Shown here piece after piece: positions 1-9,905 of a stretch of DNA of 64,000 bases (within the stretch, counting starts at the first letter, position 1; every line of letters begins with the position of its first letter). Below the pieces are notes generated by a model that was not told the origin of the DNA, did not search any database, and saw nothing but the letters and a program-made list of their open reading frames with translations. The position numbers were made by a program, and so were the translations under genes. The stretch comes from Myxococcota bacterium. GTDB lineage: Bacteria; Myxococcota_A; UBA796; CAJQPC01. Location of the stretch: the NCBI GenBank assembly GCA_036012755.1, contig DASCPX010000040.1, positions 1 to 64,000 on the forward strand. Reading direction: 5' to 3'.

Positions 1-784
1 CCAGGTCCCGGGTCAGAGCCTCCACCTCCAGCTCGTAGCAGCCAGAAGGCAGCGCCTCCCACGCCGGTGGACGAGGGTCCCGCAGCCGAGCCAGCCGAGC
101 CCCGAGCTCGCGGGCCTCTGGCGGGCGGGTCTCGCCCAACAGCCGCAGGCCCGTGAGGCCACCAAGCTCGATGCGCTCCGCCAGCCGGCGGAGGTCAGCG
201 GCCCGAAGCCCCCCCGAGAACAACATGGCCGCGGTCATCGCAGAGGCCAGCCCGGGGCTGTGGGGACCCTTGTCGAGCTCGGCGAGCCCCAGGGCGACAC
301 AGGTCCGCGGCGCCGGCTCCACCACCAGGTCGCCGATGGCTGCGATCGCCGCGAGCTTCGAGAGACCGCGCAAGAACACCGCAGAGCCAGGATGCTCCGC
401 CACCAGCCCGCGACAGAGCGCCAGGCTGTCCACCAACCCCGGCGCCGGCCACCCCTCCGGATCCAGGCGCGCGTGGACGACCCCACCCAGCCGAAGGGCC
501 TCGACCACCATGCAGGCCAGCGCGATCCCAGCCGCGCTCCACTCCGAGAGCGCCACCACGCCAGGCCCCCCCCGCCACCGAGCTGCGGACTCGAGGTCCG
601 GCTCGGGCAGGGACGACACCGCCGGGTCCAGGAAGGTGGGCACAGGCGATCGGATCCCCCGGATCGCAAGGATCCTGCGCACCACCGGGGGATACTCGGA
701 GAGGCTGGAGAGCACGTCTTCATCGGGCTCTGCGGCGCTCCAGGTGATCCCCCGGAGCGATGTTTTTCCTTCAACTCGGAGCAT
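1..784 (-). CDS. RecJ-like protein lacking DHH catalytic motifs (partial, runs off window start)
   Basis: Not in the ORF track; translated manually from ATG 784: MLRVEGKTSLRGITWSAAEPDEDVLSSLSEYPPVVRRILAIRGIRSPVPTFLDPAVSSLPEP...LAAIAAIGDLV...RTCVALGLAELDKGPHSPGLASA..., open to base 1. These segments echo the RecJ RG..FL.P and L.A.G.I.D...GL..L....PGL patterns. Confidence 0.55.
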   Translation of the reverse strand, partial: MLRVEGKTSLRGITWSAAEPDEDVLSSLSEYPPVVRRILAIRGIRSPVPTFLDPAVSSLPEPDLESAARWRGGPGVVALSEWSAAGIALACMVVEALRLGGVVHARLDPEGWPAPGLVDSLALCRGLVAEHPGSAVFLRGLSKLAAIAAIGDLVVEPAPRTCVALGLAELDKGPHSPGLASAMTAAMLFSGGLRAADLRRLAERIELGGLTGLRLLGETRPPEARELGARLARLRDPRPPAWEALPSGCYELEVEALTRDL

Positions 785-813
785 CTCGACCGATCGTGTC
801 CCATGGAGTTTGT

Positions 814-2382
814 GTGATCCGACTCGTTCCGACCAGCGAAGGACCCTCGCCGCGACCGGCGACGCTCGATCCGCGCCTCGTCGTCCGCATGGCCATCCGC
901 GACGCGCTGGAGGCCGTAGAGAACAAGGCCGATCCCCAGCTCCACATCGGTCCACTCCTGGCCCTGCAGCCCAGCCTCGTCGACGCGATCCTCGAGGACG
1001 AGCGCATCGGCAGGCCCGAGTCGGTCTCCCGCCTGCGCACCAGCCTGGGCCTGGATCCGGATCCCTGGAGCGAGGTCGTGGAGCGCATCACCGCCCTCGA
1101 TGCTCGCGCATGCGACAGCTCGGAGCGACTCCGACTCGCCGCGACCCTGCTCATCGGCGAGACAGAGGGCCTCCCGGCCGCCGTCACGGCCCTCTGCCAT
1201 CACCCCCACGCCGCGCAGCTCGTCGCGGCCCTCCACGCTGTCGCCCACCACGGGCAACAGCGCCGGCTCCTCGAAGGCCAGCTCATCCGCATGCGGCGCA
1301 ACGGCTGCAGCGTCGAGCCCCCCTTCCTGCTGAACCGCCGGGACTCGGCCTTTCACGACGCCTTCATCGACGGTGACGTGCTGGTGCTGATCTACCGCGA
1401 GTACCCAGGCGTCTTCATCGTCTTCGCGATGCAGGTCGGTGTCGGCATCGAAGACCTCGTCGTGCGGCCCGTGACCTCTGAGCGCGAGCTGAACGAGGTC
1501 CTCGCTGCGCGCCGTCCCGAGCGCCGTGAACCCCAGGGCGCCGACGGCTGCCGAGCCATCGTCGCCGCCGCGATCGCTCGCCTCGGGGAGACGACACCCT
1601 CCCAGGCCTGGCTGTCGCTGGGTCACATCGTCGAGGAGCGCCTCTTCGGCGCCGCCGGAAACACCGACGGCTTCGTCATCGGCGAGCTCCAAGCGCGTGT
1701 CCTCGTCGACCGCTTCGCCCGCGTGCTGACCCGCGGCGAAGAGGAGCTGCTCGTCCAGCTCGTCGCTCCCAGCACGAAAGCCGACACCCTCCTCGACCTC
1801 TTCGGCACCCGCTACCTGAAGCACACCCTGGGTCTGCGAGTGGGCGTCGGCCGCCTCGACGTCTCGATGGAGCAGATCGGCCGCCAGACGGCAGAGGCCA
1901 TCGTCACCGGACGCACGGACGCCGGCGTCGTGCTCACGAGCACCCGCCTGCACCTCGTACAGAGCTCGGACGGCTGGCTCATTCGAGACATCGTCGCCAC
2001 CGGCATCGGCCCAGAGGACCGCATGTATGGCCCCATCTGGGACCGTCTGAGCAACATCCGACCCCTGCCCTTCCGCGACTTCGACGCGCTCTCCGAAGCC
2101 GAGCAGGAGCTCTGCGCCGGCCTCCTCGACGAGGGCTGCCGCCTGGACGAGATCGCCGCCGCCGTGCTCATCTGCCGCGACGCGAACCTCGTCGAGGACG
2201 CAGGCGTGGTCGCCGCCGCCTCTCACGCGGCCTACGAGTACGCCAACGGCAGGCCCTGCGCCCTCCACCCCCTCTGCGAGCGCTACGCCGCGGACCCGGT
2301 CGAGGTCGCCATGCTGCTGGAGCGCATGACCTCGTCCCTGGACCTCACGCCCGAAGACCCGAGGTACGCGGTCCAGGATTGA
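814..2382 (+). CDS. hypothetical protein
   Basis: Long ORF (track 760..2382) with typical coding composition. GTG 814 is preceded by GGAG; the start is uncertain. Confidence 0.7.
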   Translation: MIRLVPTSEGPSPRPATLDPRLVVRMAIRDALEAVENKADPQLHIGPLLALQPSLVDAILEDERIGRPESVSRLRTSLGLDPDPWSEVVERITALDARACDSSERLRLAATLLIGETEGLPAAVTALCHHPHAAQLVAALHAVAHHGQQRRLLEGQLIRMRRNGCSVEPPFLLNRRDSAFHDAFIDGDVLVLIYREYPGVFIVFAMQVGVGIEDLVVRPVTSERELNEVLAARRPERREPQGADGCRAIVAAAIARLGETTPSQAWLSLGHIVEERLFGAAGNTDGFVIGELQARVLVDRFARVLTRGEEELLVQLVAPSTKADTLLDLFGTRYLKHTLGLRVGVGRLDVSMEQIGRQTAEAIVTGRTDAGVVLTSTRLHLVQSSDGWLIRDIVATGIGPEDRMYGPIWDRLSNIRPLPFRDFDALSEAEQELCAGLLDEGCRLDEIAAAVLICRDANLVEDAGVVAAASHAAYEYANGRPCALHPLCERYAADPVEVAMLLERMTSSLDLTPEDPRYAVQD

Positions 2383-2395
2383 TTAGGGGGACTCG

Positions 2396-3196
2396 GTGCA
2401 GCCGCTCATCCCCTGGTTCGAGACCCCTTCGATCCCGATCCCGAACCCCTGGTTCCCCAACCTCGGCATCCACGGCTTCGGCGTCCTCGTCGCCATCGGC
2501 TTCTGGCTCGGGACCTGGCTGGCCGGCCGCAAGGCCCGGCAGGACGGACTCGACAGCGACCTCCCGGGTCAGCTCGTCGGCTGGATCATCATCTCGCTCT
2601 TCGTCGGCGGCCACCTCTTCCACGCCCTGTTCTACGACTGGGAGAGGACCATCGCCGACCCCATGTACCTGCTGCGACTGTGGGACGGGCTGTCCTCGAC
2701 CGGGGGCTTCATCGCCTCGGTCCTCGCGACGATCTGGTTCTTCAAGCTCCACAAGAAGGTGGCCTACTTCCCCCACGCGGACACCATCGCCTACGGCCTC
2801 ATCTTCGGCTGGGCCCTGGGGCGCCTCGGCTGCTTCGTGGCCCACGACCACCCCGGCATGGAGACCAGCTTCTACCTGGGCGTCTACGGCATCTGCCCCA
2901 GCGGTGACCTCTCCGTCGCCTGCCACGACCTCGGGCTCTACGAGGCCCTGTGGGCGATGGCCACCGCCGCGGTCTTCTGGGTCCTGAACCGCACCCCACG
3001 CCGCCCGGGCTTCTTCGTCTCGCTCCTCTGCTTGAGCTACGCGCCCTTCCGCTTCGCCGGCGACTTCCTCCGCCACCCGGACACCGACGACCGGTGGCTG
3101 GGCCTGACGCCGGCCCAGTACTTCACGCTGGCGCTGGTGGTCATCGGAGTCGCCGTGTGGATCGCCTCTCGCCGCTGGAAGCCGATTCGAGGTTGA
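2396..3196 (+). CDS. lgt: prolipoprotein diacylglyceryl transferase
   Basis: Multi-TM protein with LWDGLSSTGG, GRLGCF, HDLGLYE, Y..FRF..DFLR and GLTPAQY motifs. Confidence 0.88.
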   Translation: MQPLIPWFETPSIPIPNPWFPNLGIHGFGVLVAIGFWLGTWLAGRKARQDGLDSDLPGQLVGWIIISLFVGGHLFHALFYDWERTIADPMYLLRLWDGLSSTGGFIASVLATIWFFKLHKKVAYFPHADTIAYGLIFGWALGRLGCFVAHDHPGMETSFYLGVYGICPSGDLSVACHDLGLYEALWAMATAAVFWVLNRTPRRPGFFVSLLCLSYAPFRFAGDFLRHPDTDDRWLGLTPAQYFTLALVVIGVAVWIASRRWKPIRG

Positions 3197-3233
3197 CACT
3201 GTGCTGTCATGGTGTGTATATCCACATACACAC
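3193..3233 (+). promoter_or_regulatory. sigma70-like promoter with GntR/YtrA operator palindrome
   Basis: TTGACA 3193-3198 and TATATC 3217-3222; inverted repeat GTGTGTAT-N6-ATACACAC 3212-3233 directly before the GntR ATG. Confidence 0.6.
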
Positions 3234-3617
3234 ATGCACATCACACTCAGTCAGGCCAGCGGCGTCCCCTTCTACCGGCAGGTCAGCGACCAGGTCACAG
3301 AGCTCGTAGAGAGCGGAGCGCTCGTCCCGGGGCAGCGCCTCCCTTCGGTGCGCGAGCTGGCGAAGCAGCTGCTCGTGTCGCTCATCACCATCCGTCGTGC
3401 CTACGCCGATCTCGCCACCGCCGGACTGATCGTACGGCGGCAGGGTCAGGGGACCTTCGTCGCCTACAACGACAACGGTGCCGCCCGCGCACAGGCTGTC
3501 CGGGCCGAGGCGATCGAGGCCCTCGGCCAGGCAATCGCCAGAGCCCGCCGCGCCGGGCTGGAACCCGACGAGATCGTCGAGGTCGTCAACACCCTGCTCC
3601 AGGAGCCGAAGCAATGA
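3234..3617 (+). CDS. GntR family (YtrA subfamily) transcriptional regulator
   Basis: PFYRQV...G.L.PGQRLPSVRELA..L.VS..TIRRAY..L...G.I..RQGQGTFV; short C-terminal domain; upstream of an ABC ATPase. Confidence 0.92.
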   Translation: MHITLSQASGVPFYRQVSDQVTELVESGALVPGQRLPSVRELAKQLLVSLITIRRAYADLATAGLIVRRQGQGTFVAYNDNGAARAQAVRAEAIEALGQAIARARRAGLEPDEIVEVVNTLLQEPKQ

Positions 3618-4135
3618 TCCGCGTCACCGACCTCCACGTCTCCCGCGGCAGCTTCGATCTGCGAGTCCCCACCTGGTCGCTCGAGCCCGGTCGCGTCGTG
3701 GGCGTGGTGGGCCCCAACGGCGCCGGCAAGACCACGCTCTTGCGAGCCCTGGCCGGTCTGGACGACGACAGCACGGGCAGCCTCGAGGTCCTTGGCTTCG
3801 ACCCGCGCCGGGACCCGGCGAGCGTGCGCCAGCGCCTGGGCTTCATGAGCGACGAGACCCCCCTGTTCCGTCTCCGCGTGGACGCACTGTTGAGGACGCT
3901 GTCCGGCTACTACCCCTCCTGAGACGCCGAGCTCGTCGAGACCGTGCTCGAGGTCGTCGGTGACCCCGAGCGCAGCGTCATCGTGTCCAGCCACCAGCTG
4001 GTCGACCTCGAGCGCATCGCCGACGAGCTCCTCGTCCTGTCAGAAGGCGAGGTCGTCCAGTGGGGCCCGACGGACGATCTCGTCGGCGACGGTCGCACCC
4101 TCGAAGAGGCCCTCGTCGCCTGGGGGGCCGCATGA
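3614..4135 (+). pseudogene. ABC transporter ATP-binding protein, nonsense codon plus internal deletion
   Basis: Walker A GPNGAGKTT; in-frame TGA 3920-3922; the same frame resumes DAELVETVLEV...SSHQL (H-loop), but the ABC signature and Walker B are missing. Confidence 0.8.
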
Positions 4136-5313
4136 TCCGTCACGCCTGGACGACCCTCCGCATCACCTTCCGCCACTGGCCATGGCCCCTGCTGGCGATC
4201 ATCCAGGCAGTCCTCGTCCTCTGCCTGTGTGCGGTGGCGGAGCTCGAACCACTGCAAGCGACTGGCTGGATGGTCGTGTGCTTCAGCATCATCGCGACCA
4301 CGAACGCCCTCGGCACCCTCTGGCGAGACCGTCTCCAGGCGGTGCCCGCGCTGCCCCTGTCGCCGAGGAGTCGTGCCCTGGGTGAAGCCGCTGGTGGCCT
4401 GCTGCTTCCCGTGTCCGTGGCGGTCGGCTTCCTCGCCTGGCGGGAGCCGGAGTACCTGGGGGTGCTCCTGCCGCTGTTGCCCAGCGTGTTCGCGATCACC
4501 CTGCTGCGGCACCTGGTGCGCTCGCTGTCCAGCTTGTCCATCGCCCTGGTGCCAGCCCTGGCCCTGCTGCTGGCCCTGCTCGCACCGTGGGGTCCCCTGG
4601 TCGGAGTCGCGGCGATCGTCCTGGTCCACACCCTCGGACGCCCGCTCGTGCGGCGGACCGAGGGCCTGCGTCTCCCGGTCCGCGCCGGCCCTCGCCACAG
4701 AGCCCTGTCCGGCCCGCTCGACGAGCTCGTGAGCGGCTGGTTCCGGGGCGCGGGCTTCACCCTCGTCGTGCTCAGCCCGGTCTACGCGGTGGTCGTTGCC
4801 ATCGACCTCGCCATGGCCCTGCCAGGTCTCCTCGTCCTCGTCCTGGTCGCCGTGGTCGCGGGACCCCACCTACGCCCAGCGGGTCTGCCCCCGGCCTCCG
4901 AAGGCCCCCCTACGCCGGAGCGCTGGAGCTCCTGCCCATCCCGAAGCACCGCCTCGCCCTGCGCGCCTGGGGCACAGGCATGGTCGCCAACGTCGTGGTG
5001 CTGACCGTGATGGCAGCCGTCACGGGCTCGGGGCCCGCCTTCTTCGTCGAGCTCGTGGTCGCTGGCGGGCTCTTCGCGTGTGCCTTCACGGTCTGGCGGA
5101 TGCTGGAGGCCACCCGGCCGTTCTGGATCACAGTGGCCGCCATCGCGCCTGTACCTCGCGCTCGCCCTCAGTCTCCCCGTCGGCAGCGCGCTGGCGCTCT
5201 ACGACGGCGGGGACGAGGACATCTTCTTCGTGTTCTCTGCCTGGGCACCGCTGGTCGTGCCGCTGGTGGCTTGCCTCAGTCCGCTGCCGCGACTGCTCGC
5301 TCGGCGAGCATGA
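4132..5313 (+). pseudogene. ABC exporter permease-like membrane protein with two frameshifts
   Basis: Hydrophobic coding passes from the 4060 frame to the 4587 frame (near the C run 4905-4910) and then to the 5080 frame (near 5148). Confidence 0.6.
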
Positions 5314-5797
5314 GCCCACAGATGGTCTTGGCGTCGGTGATGTCGCCGTCGACGACCATCTGCAGCGCCTGCTCCAGCGGCATGCGCACTGGTCGGAGGT
5401 ACTCGTCCTCCTCCAGCGCGCTGTCCCCCTCCTCGAGCTCGGTGGCGAGGAAGATGTAGATGCGCTCGTCCGTGAAGCCGGGGGTCGTGTGGATGATGCC
5501 GAGGCGCTTGATGGACCCGGCGGACAAGCCGACCTCTTCCTTGAGCTCCCGTCGGGCCGCGAGGTCCGGGATCTCCCCCTCCTCGAGGACGCCGGCGGGG
5601 ATCTCGTAGATCATGCCGCCGCCTGCGTGGCGGAACTGGTAGACGAGCGTGACGGTGCCGTCTTCGTGCAGCGGCACGATGGCGGCGGCCCCAGGGTGGC
5701 GGACGATCTCGAGCTCGACCACCTTTCCGTTGGGCATCGTCGCTGTCTCGATGCCGAGGTCGACGACGCGGCCCTTGAAGACTGGAAGGCGGTCCAT
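5276..5797 (-). CDS. nudF: NUDIX hydrolase (ADP-ribose pyrophosphatase type)
   Basis: Nudix box GVLEEGEIPDLAARRELKEEVG, plus HPGA, QFRH, TPG and DAKT. Confidence 0.88.
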   Translation of the reverse strand: MDRLPVFKGRVVDLGIETATMPNGKVVELEIVRHPGAAAIVPLHEDGTVTLVYQFRHAGGGMIYEIPAGVLEEGEIPDLAARRELKEEVGLSAGSIKRLGIIHTTPGFTDERIYIFLATELEEGDSALEEDEYLRPVRMPLEQALQMVVDGDITDAKTICGLMLAERAVAAAD

Positions 5798-5814
5798 GTT
5801 TCGGGGCTAACCGG

Positions 5815-6303
5815 TCAGATCATGTGTCCTGCGCGAACCTGCAGCCTCACTCGTCCCTGGAGGTCCTGGGGCCACGGCCAGTCCTCGAGCTTCTCCTGGA
5901 TGCAGGCAGCTCGGGTGCTGTCATCTGCGAGCACCTCCGGGCCGGCCCAGTCTCGCAGGCGGACCTCCACCGTCTCGTCCGCGTCGGCGCCGTAGCAGAC
6001 GTGGAGCTCGCGGACGCGACGCCGCAGCAGGGTCGCCCCGATGTCCCAGTCCCCCTCGCCCACGAAGGTGAGATCGACGAGCTGGATGCTGCGACCGCTG
6101 GCGGGCTCGGACTCGATGAGCAGCGGCCACTCGCAGCCCTCCTCCTCCCGGACCGGCCACTGCTCGAGTCCGAAGGCGATGCGCGTGACGTGCGGTGGCA
6201 GCTCGATCCTGGGGTCGCCGGGCTGCTCGGCCCAGGTGAAGGCGTAGACGACGAAGGCGCCGACCACCGCAGCACAGACACCGAAGAAGGCCCAGAACCT
6301 CAT
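5815..6303 (-). CDS. membrane-anchored protein with AgmX/PglI C-terminal-like domain
   Basis: N-terminal TM; LRRRVRELHVCY...ACIQEKLEDWPWP pattern. Confidence 0.55.
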   Translation of the reverse strand: MRFWAFFGVCAAVVGAFVVYAFTWAEQPGDPRIELPPHVTRIAFGLEQWPVREEEGCEWPLLIESEPASGRSIQLVDLTFVGEGDWDIGATLLRRRVRELHVCYGADADETVEVRLRDWAGPEVLADDSTRAACIQEKLEDWPWPQDLQGRVRLQVRAGHMI

Positions 6304-6779
6304 CGACTCAGGTCCACGCGGGCGACCGCCACACCGTCGACCTCCCAGTGGGTGATCTCGCTCTGGAGACAGCCCCCGGCGCCACCCCCGTTCTCGACCC
6401 AGCGGCCCTCTTCGTTGATGACGAGCTTCAGGCGCACGGTGCCGGGCGTATCGAGGAAGACGCTGCAGGCGGCGAGGGCGTGGCGGTGCTCCTCGGCCTC
6501 TCGCACCATGTCGGCCCGAGCAGGACCCGTGACGACGAGGACACGGGCGCGGCTGCCCGGGGAGGTGTTCCAGCTCGTGAAGACAGAGAGATCCGCGACG
6601 GCCGCCAACTCGGGCTGCTCCACGCTGGAGGCGAGGCCCGGGGTCGCGACGAAGGCCGTCAATGCCGCAAGCACGCCGATCCCGCCGAAGACGAGCTCAT
6701 CGACGATGTGCCGCAGGCTGCGGAAGCCCCGCCGATCGACGGGCGCCTTCAGCGAGTCGTATCGAACAGGTCGTGCCAC
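6300..6779 (-). CDS. membrane-anchored protein with AgmX/PglI C-terminal-like domain
   Basis: 3-prime half of track ORF 6300..7265; TM segment then HRHALAACS..GTVRLKLVINEEG...GCLQSEITHW; GTG 6779 is the inferred start. Confidence 0.5.
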   Translation of the reverse strand: MARPVRYDSLKAPVDRRGFRSLRHIVDELVFGGIGVLAALTAFVATPGLASSVEQPELAAVADLSVFTSWNTSPGSRARVLVVTGPARADMVREAEEHRHALAACSVFLDTPGTVRLKLVINEEGRWVENGGGAGGCLQSEITHWEVDGVAVARVDLSR

Positions 6780-7381
6780 CTCGTCCTTGACAGCACGACA
6801 GAGGTCTGGGTTCCGACGATCGGCTTGTGGTAGTGGGGCTCGTAGGCGTCGACGCGAATTGCCTTCTCGGAGTCGAGCGCGCGCTCGCCGATCAGGCGCA
6901 GCTCGGCGTCCGTGCCTTCTTCGATCGGCCAGTCGCCGACGATCTCGCTGACACAGCGGCCGACCGCCTCGTGACGGGATCGCACCGTCGCATGACCATC
7001 GAAGCGGACCCACACATCGGTAGTGCCACCACCGGCGCAGTCCGACAGCTCCTGCCGGCTGTCGTCGAGCAGCTCCCGCAGCTTCGCCGTGCCAGGACCC
7101 GTGGCGCTGTCGATGTGGACGCCCGGCTGCGGCCTCGGCCTGGGACCCGAGCTGCAGCCCAGCCAAGACTCGCTGGTCACCTGGAACTCCGCGACCCGCT
7201 CCGGGGGCTGCTCGATCAAGAAGTCCGACAGCCGAGCCGCGTAGTCGTCGGGCTGGGCCACCCACACCACTGCAATCAGCGAGACGAAGGCCGAACCGAG
7301 GAAGATCTCGAAGCCGGTGGACAGATCGACGAAGGCAGAGCGATCGACCTCGGGGGGGTCATCGGGAAGACGTTGGGCCAT
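6749..7381 (-). CDS. membrane-anchored protein with AgmX/PglI C-terminal-like domain
   Basis: TM segment then SRQELSDC...VWVRFDG...VGRCVSEIVGDWP. Confidence 0.5.
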   Translation of the reverse strand: MAQRLPDDPPEVDRSAFVDLSTGFEIFLGSAFVSLIAVVWVAQPDDYAARLSDFLIEQPPERVAEFQVTSESWLGCSSGPRPRPQPGVHIDSATGPGTAKLRELLDDSRQELSDCAGGGTTDVWVRFDGHATVRSRHEAVGRCVSEIVGDWPIEEGTDAELRLIGERALDSEKAIRVDAYEPHYHKPIVGTQTSVVLSRTRWHDLFDTTR

Positions 7382-7446
7382 ACGGGCGTCGACGCCGAGA
7401 GAAGCACATGGTTCCGGAGCTCCAGTCGGGACGTAGGACGTCAGAT

Positions 7447-7535
7447 GGCGACGGCGACGGCGACGGCGACGGTGACGAGTGACGAGAACGAGAGACGAGC
7501 CACGAGCAGCGAGCCACGAGCCACGAGAACCGACA
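7447..7535. repeat. short tandem repeats: (GGCGAC)x4 followed by degenerate heptamers (GAGCCAC-like)
   Basis: Directly visible in the intergenic DNA upstream of the tRNA. Confidence 0.85.
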
Positions 7536-7573
7536 GTTGACGCCGCTGCGGAGGGCGAATACCAATCGGGCGC

Positions 7574-7660
7574 GCGGAAGTGGCGGAATGGCAGACGCGC
7601 TAGGCTCAGGACCTAGTGAGGGTAAACCTCGTGGGGGTTCGACTCCCCCCTTCCGCACCA
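7574..7660 (+). tRNA. tRNA-Leu (anticodon CAG)
   Basis: GCGGAAG/CTTCCGC acceptor stem, D-arm, CTAGG-CTCAGGA-CCTAG anticodon arm, long variable arm, GGTTCGACTCC T-arm, encoded CCA. Confidence 0.97.
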
Positions 7661-7662
7661 TC

Positions 7663-7698
7663 GAAGCCGCCCCCTCCCCGGGGCGGTCTTCTCCTTTC
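7663..7698 (+). terminator. hairpin terminator after the tRNA
   Basis: GAAGCCGCCCC...GGGCGGTCTTC stem followed by a pyrimidine tract. Confidence 0.5.
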
Positions 7699-7727
7699 GG
7701 GGCTACCCTCCTGCCACGGAGGTCCCC

Positions 7728-8234
7728 GTGCTGCTCTTCGCCCTGGCCTGCTCGCCCGGGAAGATCGTGCTCACCAACGCCGACGGCGAGCCGATCGGCG
7801 ACGACACCGGAGTAGGCGACAGCGGCGACACCGGCGACACCGGACCCGACGGGGACCCGGACTACAGCGTCTGGTCCGGCGAGCGCGAGATCCAGACCGA
7901 GGACGGCTGCTTCGAGACACTCTACGAGGACGGCTTCGAGCTCGAGTCGGACTGGGAGTACTACGACGAGGTCGTCGACTACTGCCCCGAGTGCCAGCAC
8001 TTCTACTACGCCGAGGTCAGCCCGGAGGTGGTCTGCGAGGTCTCCGTCGCCAACGAGGTGATCCGCGGTGTGGTCTTCGACGAGGACTCCGCAGAGGTCT
8101 GGACCTTCTACCCGGGTGAACCCCGCGCGCTGGACTCCAACGCAGCCTTCGACGGCTGGTCGATCGACTACGACTACGACCTCTACGACGGCTACATCCT
8201 CATCGAAGGCCGGGTCGAGTTCCCCGCCCTCTGA
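7728..8234 (+). CDS. hypothetical acidic lipoprotein
   Basis: MLLFALAC lipobox, DTG-rich linker, Cys-containing domain. Confidence 0.75.
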   Translation: MLLFALACSPGKIVLTNADGEPIGDDTGVGDSGDTGDTGPDGDPDYSVWSGEREIQTEDGCFETLYEDGFELESDWEYYDEVVDYCPECQHFYYAEVSPEVVCEVSVANEVIRGVVFDEDSAEVWTFYPGEPRALDSNAAFDGWSIDYDYDLYDGYILIEGRVEFPAL

Positions 8235-8247
8235 TCGGCCGCGATAA

Positions 8248-9903
<1,656 letters not shown>

Positions 9904-9905
9904 AC

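Noticed and set aside
7447..7535. Possible CRISPR array
   Set aside because: Units are 6-7 nt with no spacers, and there are no cas genes.
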